Shown piece by piece: positions 6,543 through 14,493 of a DNA stretch of 14,896 nt. The notes beneath the pieces were generated by a model. The model saw only the letters and a list, made by a program, of their open reading frames with translations. It was not told the origin of the DNA and did not search any database. The position numbers and the translations under genes are program-made. Numbering within the stretch: the first letter of the stretch is position 1; each line of letters starts with the position of its first letter. The stretch comes from Thermoplasmatota archaeon (GTDB taxonomy: Archaea; Thermoplasmatota; Penumbrarchaeia; Penumbrarchaeales; Penumbrarchaeaceae): assembly GCA_029762535.1 (NCBI GenBank), contig JARVGK010000047.1, forward strand, positions 1 through 14,896, given 5' to 3'.

Positions 6543-7889
6543 ATGGAAAGCGTCTGCCCCCTTGATTTCAGATACGGCAGGGAAGAGATGAAGAGGGTCC
6601 TGAGCCACGAGAGCAGGGTAAGGAGATGCCTCGACGTGGAGGCATCCCTCGCCAGGGCTCTCGCGGCCGTCGGCAGGATCCCCCCCGAGGCGGCCAGGGA
6701 GATAACCCTCAAGGCGAAACTGGAATACGTAACCATAGAGAAGGTAAATGAGGTGGAGGCACGGATCAGGCACGACGTGATGGCGATAGTCAAGGTGCTC
6801 TCCGACGCCTGCGAGGGAGATGCGGGAAAGTACGTGCATCTGGGCGCCACGTCGTACGATATCGTCGATACGGCCCTCGCCCTTCAGATGAAGGATGCCC
6901 TTGAGATCATCCGATCGGACCTCAAGGCCCTCGAGCGTGCCCTGATAGAGAAGGCCTCGGAGAACCGGGACCTTGTTATGGTTGGAAGGACACACGGCCA
7001 GTTCGCGATCCCGCTCACGCTCGGGTTCAAGTTCGCCGTATGGCTGGCGGAGGTACACAGGCACATAATGAGGATCGAGGAGTGCAGGAAGCGCGTGTTG
7101 GTCGGAAAGGTCTCCGGAGCCGTGGGGACCGGAGCTGCCCTCGGTGAGGAATCGTTCGAGGTGGAGAGGCTGGTGATGGAGGACCTGGGCCTACTTGCGG
7201 AGGAGGGTGCCACGCAGATAGTGCAGCGGGACCGGCAGATCGAGATACTCTGCCATCTCGCGAACCTCTCGGTCACGGTAGAGAAGATGTCCACGGAGAT
7301 AAGGACCCTGCAGAGGCCGGAGATCGGGGAGCTCATGGAGTCCTTCGACAGCGAGAGGCAGGTCGGGTCATCGACGATGTCGCACAAGAGGAACCCCATC
7401 ACCTGCGAGAACGTCACGGGGTTGGCGAGGGTGCTTCGATCATTCCTCACCGCATCGTTCGAAGGGGGGGTCCAGTGGAACGAGAGGGACCTGTCGAATT
7501 CCTCCGCTGAGAGGTTCATCCTCCCGCATATGCTCGTTCTCGCCGACGAGATACTCGTGAAGATCACTTCGGTCATGGAAAACCTGGTCATAGACCGCGA
7601 GGCCATAGAAAGGAACCTGAATAATGCCGGGTCGGTCATCATGGCCGAGAGCGTCATCATGGCCCTGGTGTCAAAGGGAATGGGCCGCCAGGAGGCTCAC
7701 GAGATCACTAGGCAGGCGGCGATGGAACATTACCGGGGAATGGCCTACAAGGATGCCCTGCTCAAGGACGGGCGTGTGATGTCCCTGTTGAGACCAGAGG
7801 AGCTCGAGAGATCTCTTACTCCCTCGTATTACACTGGAACGGCCCGGGATAGGGTGGATAGGATCATAGCTTCGGTGAGATCACCATAG
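6543..7889 (+). CDS. purB: Adenylosuccinate lyase
   Basis: RHDV, HLGATSYDIVDT, GRTHGQ, SGAVGT, and fumarase-family signature GSSTMSHKRNP; GGAGG at 6531-6535 and TTAATATA at 6501-6508 upstream. Confidence 0.97.
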   Translation: MESVCPLDFRYGREEMKRVLSHESRVRRCLDVEASLARALAAVGRIPPEAAREITLKAKLEYVTIEKVNEVEARIRHDVMAIVKVLSDACEGDAGKYVHLGATSYDIVDTALALQMKDALEIIRSDLKALERALIEKASENRDLVMVGRTHGQFAIPLTLGFKFAVWLAEVHRHIMRIEECRKRVLVGKVSGAVGTGAALGEESFEVERLVMEDLGLLAEEGATQIVQRDRQIEILCHLANLSVTVEKMSTEIRTLQRPEIGELMESFDSERQVGSSTMSHKRNPITCENVTGLARVLRSFLTASFEGGVQWNERDLSNSSAERFILPHMLVLADEILVKITSVMENLVIDREAIERNLNNAGSVIMAESVIMALVSKGMGRQEAHEITRQAAMEHYRGMAYKDALLKDGRVMSLLRPEELERSLTPSYYTGTARDRVDRIIASVRSP

Positions 7890-10724
7890 AGGGCTAGTGG
7901 GTGATACTTCCCTGTTGCGCCACTGGTCCGAAGAGGTATGGGTCCCGTCCTCTCTGGAGAAAGAATGAATGCTCGGCGTCCGGCCCGGGTTCGAGGATAT
8001 CAGGTGCTGATACAGGACGACTTCGCCCTCTCCTGTGAGGCTGGCGGAAGGATACGCTGTCTCCAGGGCAACATCGGATCCCGAAGGCCGATCGCTCCTT
8101 GGTCCCGGGTCCACCCCCCAGATAGTAGATACGGTCATCTGCATCATCCAGGGTTCTCGCGAGAGGCCCGCCAATGCCTCCTTCGGTCCGCTAACCCAGA
8201 GGGTTCGGGTAAGGACACCGCCGCCCTCTCCCTCCCATCTCGAGGTAAGCCCTGTCCAATGGCCTTCTCCGGACAGGGATAGGAGCGTGCTCAGTACTTC
8301 GGAGATCGATAAAGATCCCCCTTCCCCGATCCTCTCCATCATCTTCTCCTCGATCGCGTCCCTTTCCGATACCTTGGACCCTCTTGCAACGAAGGAGATG
8401 TAGGATACGCCTCCTCCCATGGAGGGGTAGCTCTCGAACGGGAAGCCTCCGCTCCCGGCGTGAAGGATCTCCATCGAGGGGGACTCGATCTCCCAGCTGC
8501 CCTTGAGCGCAAGGTCCAGTAGGGCCTCGGTGGGTTGGGCGGGCCTGCCCGATCCCTCCCGGATCTGCTCCGTTCCCGAGTCCCAGGTCACAACAAATGT
8601 CCCGTCTTCGAGGTCCAGATCTATCCTGGACCCGGGATCGGTCATAACGTGGGCCTTGAAGTCTATAGGCGGGGACATCAGACCGTATATGGACAACACC
8701 GAGACGTAGCCTGGCGATGAGGCGGATATATCCAGCCTGTCGTTGAACTGCGTGTATGATAGAGTCAGGACAAGGTTGTCGGTGTGTATCGGCTCGAGCA
8801 GCGGTATCAGCGCCCCTCTCTGCAAGTATATGTTCATCAGATTGATCATGTAGAGTATCTGTTCCGAGGTCAGTGTGGATCTCCATGTCTCGAGCCCGCG
8901 AAGCGTTTGTATGGCGGCTATCTGCACCTCGGCCCTTGTCCATGTATCTTGAGGGTCAGAACCGGCCCGTTGAAGGACTCGTCCCAGAGCGGTGAGTGGG
9001 GCGAACGCGCCCCTGAAGGATTGGAACGCGTACTGCTCGAAGAACTCCGTGGCGTTCGCCTCGGGAGGTATGATGTATCCTGATATCTCCTCCGTGCTGA
9101 GGTTCACGGTCTTGTAGATCATGAACCAAGGGATGTTATCGTTCGCGGGATGGGTATCGAACCAGGAGGTCACTCTCACAGGGAATGTGAAATTTATGAT
9201 ATTTTCGACCCCCTCATGGCCGGGGACGCTGCCGAGGTATCCCTTCGCCGATCCCCTGAGAGGTACGGAGCCCTCGATCATGAGGTTCCACTCCATCCTG
9301 AAATCGTGCGCGGGCGGTTTTTCGGGAGGGACTATCCCCCCGCATCTCGTCTCGGGATCCTCCGCTCGGGTCAAGGGGAAATCGATTGTTGTGTTGACCA
9401 GAGATTCCGGGGTCCGATCCAGGTCCACTTCCGTGTACCATGCCCGAACGCTGTCGATCCCTTCGATCCTGAAGTCCCTGGCGGAGACCATGTAATCGGT
9501 CTTGAGATCGATGTTTGGCTCGAAGGGCAACGTTTTGTTGGCGTTCATCGACGGGACGTTCAATCCTCCGTCCTCGGGAAGAGAGACCACGGTCCTCATC
9601 GATGAGGCGTCGCGTAGGTCCTGATAATGCCTTGCGTTGACGAGCATGGATTCCTCCAATGCTCCCTTTGTGTCGAACATGTCGAACCTGGGAGAGGCCG
9701 GGGTGTTGGCGCCGCTCGTGCTGAAGAGCCTGTCGAGGTACAGGTACCTGGCGAACAGGTCTGCCGGATCCACATGCCCTCTCTGAAGGGCCACATCGAA
9801 TAGTCCTGATGCGCTCCTCCTGCCGGAGGCGGGCCCCGCCAACTGCGAATATAGCTCGTAATTGGTCCGCTCGGATTCGCTCCAGAACCTGAACCCGGTC
9901 GGGTTCATCATGAGCGACGGAGAGGCCCTTGTGAAATATGCATCGATAGAGGACATCAGGCCCTCCGGAACCTGGCCTGTTAACGAGGACAGCCTTATGG
10001 CGAGAGCGATGTTCAGGGCGAGCTCCACATCCCCCTCGTTGAGGACGTTGAAATGGCTCTGTCTGTTCTGCCATCCTAACCTGTTCTCCGTCCGGACACG
10101 CGCCAGCGTGTTGAGCATGTACTCCACGTCCCTGGCGAGGCCGCCTCCTTCTTCCATCTCATCTTCGGCGATCCTCATGAGCGCAAGTACCGCTCTGTTG
10201 GGATCAACTATCTCGCTGGTGAAGGAAATGTTCGTGAATATGCGTTCGCCTCTTCCTACAGGGTCGAGCCGCATCTGTGATATCACCTGAGCGCGCACCA
10301 CAGGGATCACGCCCCTTCCCCCCGATCTGCCGTAGAGCATGCTGTTGGGCCCGTAGCTGCCGTCGGGGAGAAGTATCGCCGGCGGGGGATCGGATACCGA
10401 TGAAGGCATGTCGTAACGCTCAATGGACACCTCAACATCGAAGAGGCTAACGGAGTACCCCTCTACCCCGACGATCGATAGAGTGGCGATGTCCGGCAGC
10501 GAGCGGGAGATCTCCCTCTCGATCTCCGTATCGGGTCGATCCCTCATCTCAAGGAGAAGGCCGGTGGTAAGGGAGCTGAGCTCGCCTGCGAGCTGTACGG
10601 TGTCCGGTTCATTTAACTGGGATTCGCTTGTATCATATGCTGTGTATATCATGATCCCGGAGAGTACGATCGCCAGGACGAGGGAGGCCGCCACCGCTTC
10701 CTTGGACAGGTCCTTGCCGCTCAT
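7881..10724 (-). CDS. Large hypothetical exported/N-terminally anchored protein, about 947 aa
   Basis: Long ORF; start set at 10724 from an ATGA overlap with the upstream stop and a GGAGG site; single N-terminal hydrophobic helix after SKEA (VAASLVLAIVLSGIMIY); no catalytic motif recognised. Confidence 0.8.
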   Translation of the reverse strand: MSGKDLSKEAVAASLVLAIVLSGIMIYTAYDTSESQLNEPDTVQLAGELSSLTTGLLLEMRDRPDTEIEREISRSLPDIATLSIVGVEGYSVSLFDVEVSIERYDMPSSVSDPPPAILLPDGSYGPNSMLYGRSGGRGVIPVVRAQVISQMRLDPVGRGERIFTNISFTSEIVDPNRAVLALMRIAEDEMEEGGGLARDVEYMLNTLARVRTENRLGWQNRQSHFNVLNEGDVELALNIALAIRLSSLTGQVPEGLMSSIDAYFTRASPSLMMNPTGFRFWSESERTNYELYSQLAGPASGRRSASGLFDVALQRGHVDPADLFARYLYLDRLFSTSGANTPASPRFDMFDTKGALEESMLVNARHYQDLRDASSMRTVVSLPEDGGLNVPSMNANKTLPFEPNIDLKTDYMVSARDFRIEGIDSVRAWYTEVDLDRTPESLVNTTIDFPLTRAEDPETRCGGIVPPEKPPAHDFRMEWNLMIEGSVPLRGSAKGYLGSVPGHEGVENIINFTFPVRVTSWFDTHPANDNIPWFMIYKTVNLSTEEISGYIIPPEANATEFFEQYAFQSFRGAFAPLTALGRVLQRAGSDPQDTWTRAEVQIAAIQTLRGLETWRSTLTSEQILYMINLMNIYLQRGALIPLLEPIHTDNLVLTLSYTQFNDRLDISASSPGYVSVLSIYGLMSPPIDFKAHVMTDPGSRIDLDLEDGTFVVTWDSGTEQIREGSGRPAQPTEALLDLALKGSWEIESPSMEILHAGSGGFPFESYPSMGGGVSYISFVARGSKVSERDAIEEKMMERIGEGGSLSISEVLSTLLSLSGEGHWTGLTSRWEGEGGGVLTRTLWVSGPKEALAGLSREPWMMQMTVSTIWGVDPGPRSDRPSGSDVALETAYPSASLTGEGEVVLYQHLISSNPGRTPSIHSFSREDGTHTSSDQWRNREVSPTSPLW

Positions 10725-11227
10725 TCCACATCCTCCCATACCGTTATAGATATCCCGACCATCCCTTCAGGGGTGCTGCGGGAGAGGCGATGCTCCGTCA
10801 TGTACGAGGTCTCGTTGCCTTTGCTCAGGACATCCTTTTCCCCAAGTCCCGGGGAGGATGCGCTCAGCCTGAGATCGCTTCCGTAGAGGAATGTCAGGAC
10901 CGCGTCCATCTCGGAGATAGGGCCATCCTCACTGATCAGTTCGCCCTTCAGAATGAGGTAAAGGCAATCGGCGACCGGAAGGTTCAGATACGTTCCGTTC
11001 TCGGTCTCTGCCGAGCTGATCGTTATCGATAGGAAGACGGCCATGCGATCATCGATCTCCTCCTTTGGAGGCGCCTCGCCCCCCTGGATGATATGAGGTG
11101 AGACCGCGCTTATGATCCCGGCCGATGCCAGAACGATCGATATGATCACAGCGGCCTTGAAGGTGATGGGAATTTGCCTTTTCTTGTCCCCCTTTTCCCT
11201 AAGGTCATCGTATTCCCTATCCCTCAC
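10721..11227 (-). CDS. Hypothetical N-terminally anchored protein, 168 aa (possibly minor-pilin-like)
   Basis: GTG start preceded by a strong SD GGAGGTGA; charged leader ending DKKRQ, then hydrophobic helix; ends in beta-strand-like ISITVWE. Confidence 0.78.
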   Translation of the reverse strand: MRDREYDDLREKGDKKRQIPITFKAAVIISIVLASAGIISAVSPHIIQGGEAPPKEEIDDRMAVFLSITISSAETENGTYLNLPVADCLYLILKGELISEDGPISEMDAVLTFLYGSDLRLSASSPGLGEKDVLSKGNETSYMTEHRLSRSTPEGMVGISITVWEDVE

Positions 11228-11675
11228 GGACGGTCACCTCCAGGATCGCTGCGGAGCGCCTGCCGTCGCCGTGGTCAACGGTGATGTGGTTCGAAGAGGA
11301 GCGCGAGAGCCCTCCGGAAGAATCGAATACGGACCTCGAGGGGTGATAGAGATCGAATCGAACCCCGTTGTGCAGTTCTATCGTGACCTTGATGATGTCA
11401 TCCTCCGATGCGAGCTGTTCCAGATCGGGGTCCGCCATCAGCGAGGGCAGGTACACGGTGTTCTCGCTCGAACCGTATGTTATAAGGAGGTTGTCAGTAT
11501 GGTCCTGTGATCCGGAGCTCAATCTCTGGATCGAGTCCTGCCTGTCGTTGATGTAGATGGAGTAACCGATCCCCGCCAGCAGTATGAATGCTCCGGCCAG
11601 GATCACCAGCGAAGTTCTTAGGGGGCCGCCTGCGGATAGATCAGGCGGGTCCGGATGGCCTTGCCTTACCTCCAT
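11217..11675 (-). CDS. Hypothetical N-terminally anchored protein, about 152 aa (possibly minor-pilin-like)
   Basis: Start reassigned to ATG 11675 (MEVRQG...), because the longer ORF would overlap the divergent gene and promoters; hydrophobic helix LVILAGAFILLAGIGYSIYI; ends AILEVTVREG; 3' end overlaps the next start by 11 nt. Confidence 0.75.
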   Translation of the reverse strand: MEVRQGHPDPPDLSAGGPLRTSLVILAGAFILLAGIGYSIYINDRQDSIQRLSSGSQDHTDNLLITYGSSENTVYLPSLMADPDLEQLASEDDIIKVTIELHNGVRFDLYHPSRSVFDSSGGLSRSSSNHITVDHGDGRRSAAILEVTVREG

Positions 11676-11799
11676 GAGATTTCCATCCTTTATGGTGATA
11701 TCTACTTTTCGGATAAATAATAAATCTTTTGGTTCAGGACAGTATCGTGAGCGGGTGTGGACCAAAAGATTTATACTATTTGAAAGGGCATCTTGCGGT
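11676..11799. promoter_or_regulatory. Divergent promoter region
   Basis: AT-rich gap; + strand AAAAGA-TTTATA (TATA 11770-11775) 25 nt before ATG 11800; - strand TTTATTATTTAT at about 11713-11724, upstream of ATG 11675. Confidence 0.6.
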
Positions 11800-14148
11800 A
11801 TGCGATCGAACCTCGTCTCGGCCTTGATGGTTTTGCTGATTTTATCCGGAACTTCGCTGTTGTCTTCGGAAGCGGCCCCGACCAGGGGTGAGGAGACCGG
11901 TTTCTTCTCCAGCGTCCAGATCTTTCGATCCGCCAGATCGCTATCGGGCGGGATCGGTATCGGGGACGTTGACGACGACGGAAGGAACGAGGTGGTGATA
12001 TGCGACTTCGAGGGGAACGTGGTCATGCTCAAGGAGACAGCTCCCGGGGAGTTCCAGTCCACCAAGATATGGGAGGATCCCAGAAAGGGCGCATCCGTCC
12101 AGGGTTTGCTCGATCTGTATGTGGGGAACGTGCTACTCGACAGGCCAGGGGTCGAGATCCTCGTAGGTGGTTACTCAAGGAACCTCACCGTCATCTATCA
12201 TACCGGGTCCGGTTTCGAATCCAGTGTGATATACGTCAGCCCCTATCAGATATTCAACATCGCCGTCGGCGAGTTCGATCCCGCATCTCCCGGGGAGGAG
12301 ATCTTCCTTGCGTCTTTTGAGATGGGGGCGACGGACGCATCGGCCGACAGGATGCTCAGGATGCTGAGCCGATCCGGCACGGAGTTCGTATCTAGGGAGT
12401 TCGAGCTGCCCGACACCCCCAAAGCGGTGGAGGTGGCGGATATCGATCCGTCCGTTCCCGGGACGGAGGTATGGGTCACGACCTCCGGCCGAAGGGAGAT
12501 CGACGGCGGCCCCGAGTCCGGTCTCTACCAGGTGACCCTCGACGGGAACGTGGTGGAGAGGTACAAGGACCCCGAGAGGCTCATAGCCAACGTCAAGGCC
12601 GGGGACCTCTGGTCCGGAAACCCCGGCAACGAGCTCATAACCGTCGATTTCGGCGGATGGTGCAAGGTCATGTGGATAAAGGACGGCGAGCTCGAGGTCC
12701 AGGAGATATTCAGGGCCACATCAAAGACCGGGGACACCGCGCTTCTGGAGGGGCTGATTGTCGGGGATTTCAACCCGAGGCTTCCCGGGGTGGAGGCCCT
12801 GACCACGGGATATTACAACGACGTGACCCAGATCGCCGAGGTCGGCGGAGAGATGATCGACGATCTGATATGGGCCACCGATGTGGAGGACCCTTTTCTG
12901 GAGCTTGCGGGACTCGCCATCGGGGATTTCTCCGAGATCAGGCCGGGCAGCGAGATAGCCCTGGCCTCCCGCCAGGGCTGGGTGCAGCTCATATATTTCG
13001 AGCTCGACGGGATCGACCTCGACGCGGACGATGAGGTGGTAGAGATGCCCGACGGTTCTACCAAGGAGTTCTACGTGACCGTTGTTCCGAGAGGTTATAT
13101 CCGGGGTTCGGTCTCTTTCAGCGTCGAGGGCGGGGAAGGGCTCGAGTTCACTTTTCCCCCGAACGTCATGATCACATCCCACGATCCGTTCCAGGTTCTG
13201 GTGGAGGTCGAGGCCGATTTCGGTGACGGCGAGGCAAGGTCCGTCCCTTTCAGGCTGCTTGCCACCTCGGGAGCGTACAGCGCTGAAATGGATATGATGG
13301 TGGATATCAAGCTCCCGGGGAGCATCTCTTTGGGAACGTCATACATCGTCATGTATCCGGAACTGGGGATCTCCCGCGAGGTTGAGGTCACGCTTACCGG
13401 ACTGGACGAGGTGGAGCTTTCGATCGAGGCCCCGGAGGGTCTGACCGCGGCATCCTCCCAGGTGTTGAAGAGGGGGGTGCCTGATAAATTGATAGTCGTT
13501 GCGGAAAAGGATGCGCAGCCGGGAACCTACCCCGTGACAGTGAGCGGCGCCGTTTCCGGTGAGGTCCTTGCGCAGAGCGTTCTCCTGGTCAAGGTGACGG
13601 GTCTTTCCGAGGATGTGAGCGTAAAGATCGAGATGGTCTCCCAGGACAGGTACCGGGTCACTTCAGATTACAAGGGCGGGAGGCTCGATGTCCCGGTCGA
13701 TGTGGCGGTGTTCGTCGGCAAGAACATGCAGGATACCAGGTCCGTGCTGCTGGACCCGCTCGTCCCCGTGGTGTTCGAGTTCGATTACCGTGGGAAGACC
13801 GATCAGATGGTGAAGGTGACCTTTTCCGGTCCTTCGGGAGAGGTGGGATATTCAGTTGAGCCGGGGGTGGTATACGCCACCGGCGGCGAAAGGGGGATCC
13901 CGGTGGGGATCCTGATCCTGGTCATAGTTGTGATCATTATCGTCGCGGTGTTGATATTCTACGGATTGTCGAGGATGAAGCCCGCTTCCGGGGAGGATGA
14001 GAGCCTGATCGGGATCGGCAGGCCCACGAGGTATGGAAGCGGCAGGACGGAGCCCGAGCGAAGAGGACCTGCCCGAGATCGGTATGCTGGCCGGTCCGGA
14101 GAGGAAGCGAGAGGGGGGCGGGGGAGGGATCCCTTTAAAAAGGCTTAA
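11800..14148 (+). CDS. Cell-surface protein: signal peptide, seven FG-GAP/VCBS-like repeats (beta-propeller), Ig-like stalk, TM helix, Arg/Gly-rich tail; about 782 aa
   Basis: Start 11800 gives signal peptide MRSNLVSALMVLLILSGTSLLSSEA. Repeats: GDVDDDGRNEVV, GNVLLDRPGVEIL, GEFDPASPGEEIF, ADIDPSVPGTEVW, GDLWSGNPGNELI, GDFNPRLPGVEAL, GDFSEIRPGSEIA. Ig-like motif AQPGTYPVTVSG; TM GILILVIVVIIIVAVLIFYGL. Confidence 0.87.
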   Translation: MRSNLVSALMVLLILSGTSLLSSEAAPTRGEETGFFSSVQIFRSARSLSGGIGIGDVDDDGRNEVVICDFEGNVVMLKETAPGEFQSTKIWEDPRKGASVQGLLDLYVGNVLLDRPGVEILVGGYSRNLTVIYHTGSGFESSVIYVSPYQIFNIAVGEFDPASPGEEIFLASFEMGATDASADRMLRMLSRSGTEFVSREFELPDTPKAVEVADIDPSVPGTEVWVTTSGRREIDGGPESGLYQVTLDGNVVERYKDPERLIANVKAGDLWSGNPGNELITVDFGGWCKVMWIKDGELEVQEIFRATSKTGDTALLEGLIVGDFNPRLPGVEALTTGYYNDVTQIAEVGGEMIDDLIWATDVEDPFLELAGLAIGDFSEIRPGSEIALASRQGWVQLIYFELDGIDLDADDEVVEMPDGSTKEFYVTVVPRGYIRGSVSFSVEGGEGLEFTFPPNVMITSHDPFQVLVEVEADFGDGEARSVPFRLLATSGAYSAEMDMMVDIKLPGSISLGTSYIVMYPELGISREVEVTLTGLDEVELSIEAPEGLTAASSQVLKRGVPDKLIVVAEKDAQPGTYPVTVSGAVSGEVLAQSVLLVKVTGLSEDVSVKIEMVSQDRYRVTSDYKGGRLDVPVDVAVFVGKNMQDTRSVLLDPLVPVVFEFDYRGKTDQMVKVTFSGPSGEVGYSVEPGVVYATGGERGIPVGILILVIVVIIIVAVLIFYGLSRMKPASGEDESLIGIGRPTRYGSGRTEPERRGPARDRYAGRSGEEARGGRGRDPFKKA

Positions 14149-14203
14149 GTAAAGTTAGAATATTGCCGGGAAGCGATCCGGCCGGGGCCAGAAACCTTCT
14201 TTT

Positions 14204-14325
14204 GTCGGGGTGGCTCAGCTTGGTGGAGCGTCGGACTCATAGGGGCCCTAAGGGGCGAAAGTAAGCTCCCATCAGGATCCGGGGATATCCGGAGGTCGCG
14301 GGTTCAAAGCCCGCCCCCGACACCA
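14204..14325 (+). tRNA. Elongator tRNA-Met (anticodon CAT) with 45-nt intron at 37/38; CCA encoded
   Basis: Acceptor GTCGGGG/CCCCGAC, A14322, CCA 14323-14325; D stem GCTC/GAGC; anticodon stem TCGGA/TCCGG with CAT at 14238-14240; T arm GCGGG-TTCAAAG-CCCGC. G1-C72 and absence of three consecutive G-C pairs closing the anticodon loop argue against the initiator. Confidence 0.93.
14242..14286 (+). other. tRNA intron with (relaxed) bulge-helix-bulge motif
   Basis: Removing 14242-14286 restores a 7-nt loop CTCATAA. Helix CTCA (14236-39)/GGGG (14281-84), bulges TA|G and AT|A, intron stems GGGCCCT/AGGATCC and GGGGC/GCTCC. Confidence 0.88.
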
Positions 14326-14378
14326 ATGTAGTTGAAAACAATGTGAATTTGACAACGTTTTAGTTCTCATTGACGAGA

Positions 14379-14391
14379 GGGCTTTGAACCC
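14379..14391 (-). repeat. Inverted 13-bp copy of the tRNA-Met T arm core
   Basis: GGGCTTTGAACCC (14379-14391) is the exact reverse complement of GGGTTCAAAGCCC (14300-14312). Confidence 0.8.
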
Positions 14392-14493
14392 CATTATTTG
14401 CTCTCTCATTCGTCTGGATTTTCGTGAGGGACTTTCGATCTTTTTTGTATTCATCACCCTACGAAATCAGAAAAATTGGCAACTGTTATTTTT

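Noticed and set aside
7881-7889. 9-bp convergent overlap of purB and the large hypothetical gene
   Set aside because: Short tail-to-tail overlaps are common in compact archaeal genomes.
11584-12065. Apparent long head-to-head overlap between ORFs 11217-12065(-) and 11584-14148(+)
   Set aside because: Resolved by downstream starts at 11675 and 11800, which give proper N-terminal hydrophobic segments and leave a promoter-bearing gap.
1984-13391. Many alternative-frame and antisense ORFs (e.g. 1984-2631, 6884-7660, 8191-8943, 9214-10074, 12471-13034)
   Set aside because: They lie within well-supported genes, have Arg/Gly/Pro- or Ser-rich shadow composition typical of GC-rich DNA, and show no motifs.
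14125-14148. C-terminal PFKK as an equivalent of the integrin GFFKR motif
   Set aside because: Weak match, and it is at the far end of the tail instead of next to the membrane.
125-14203. Whole region between the two tRNAs as a genomic island
   Set aside because: It carries housekeeping genes (purB, nadM, pdxT), no integrase, and I saw no distal copy of either tRNA end bounding it.
14413-14471. Integron attC-like site (hairpin with extrahelical bases)
   Set aside because: No RYYYAAC/GTTRRRY core boxes at the stem ends, and no integron integrase or cassette array.
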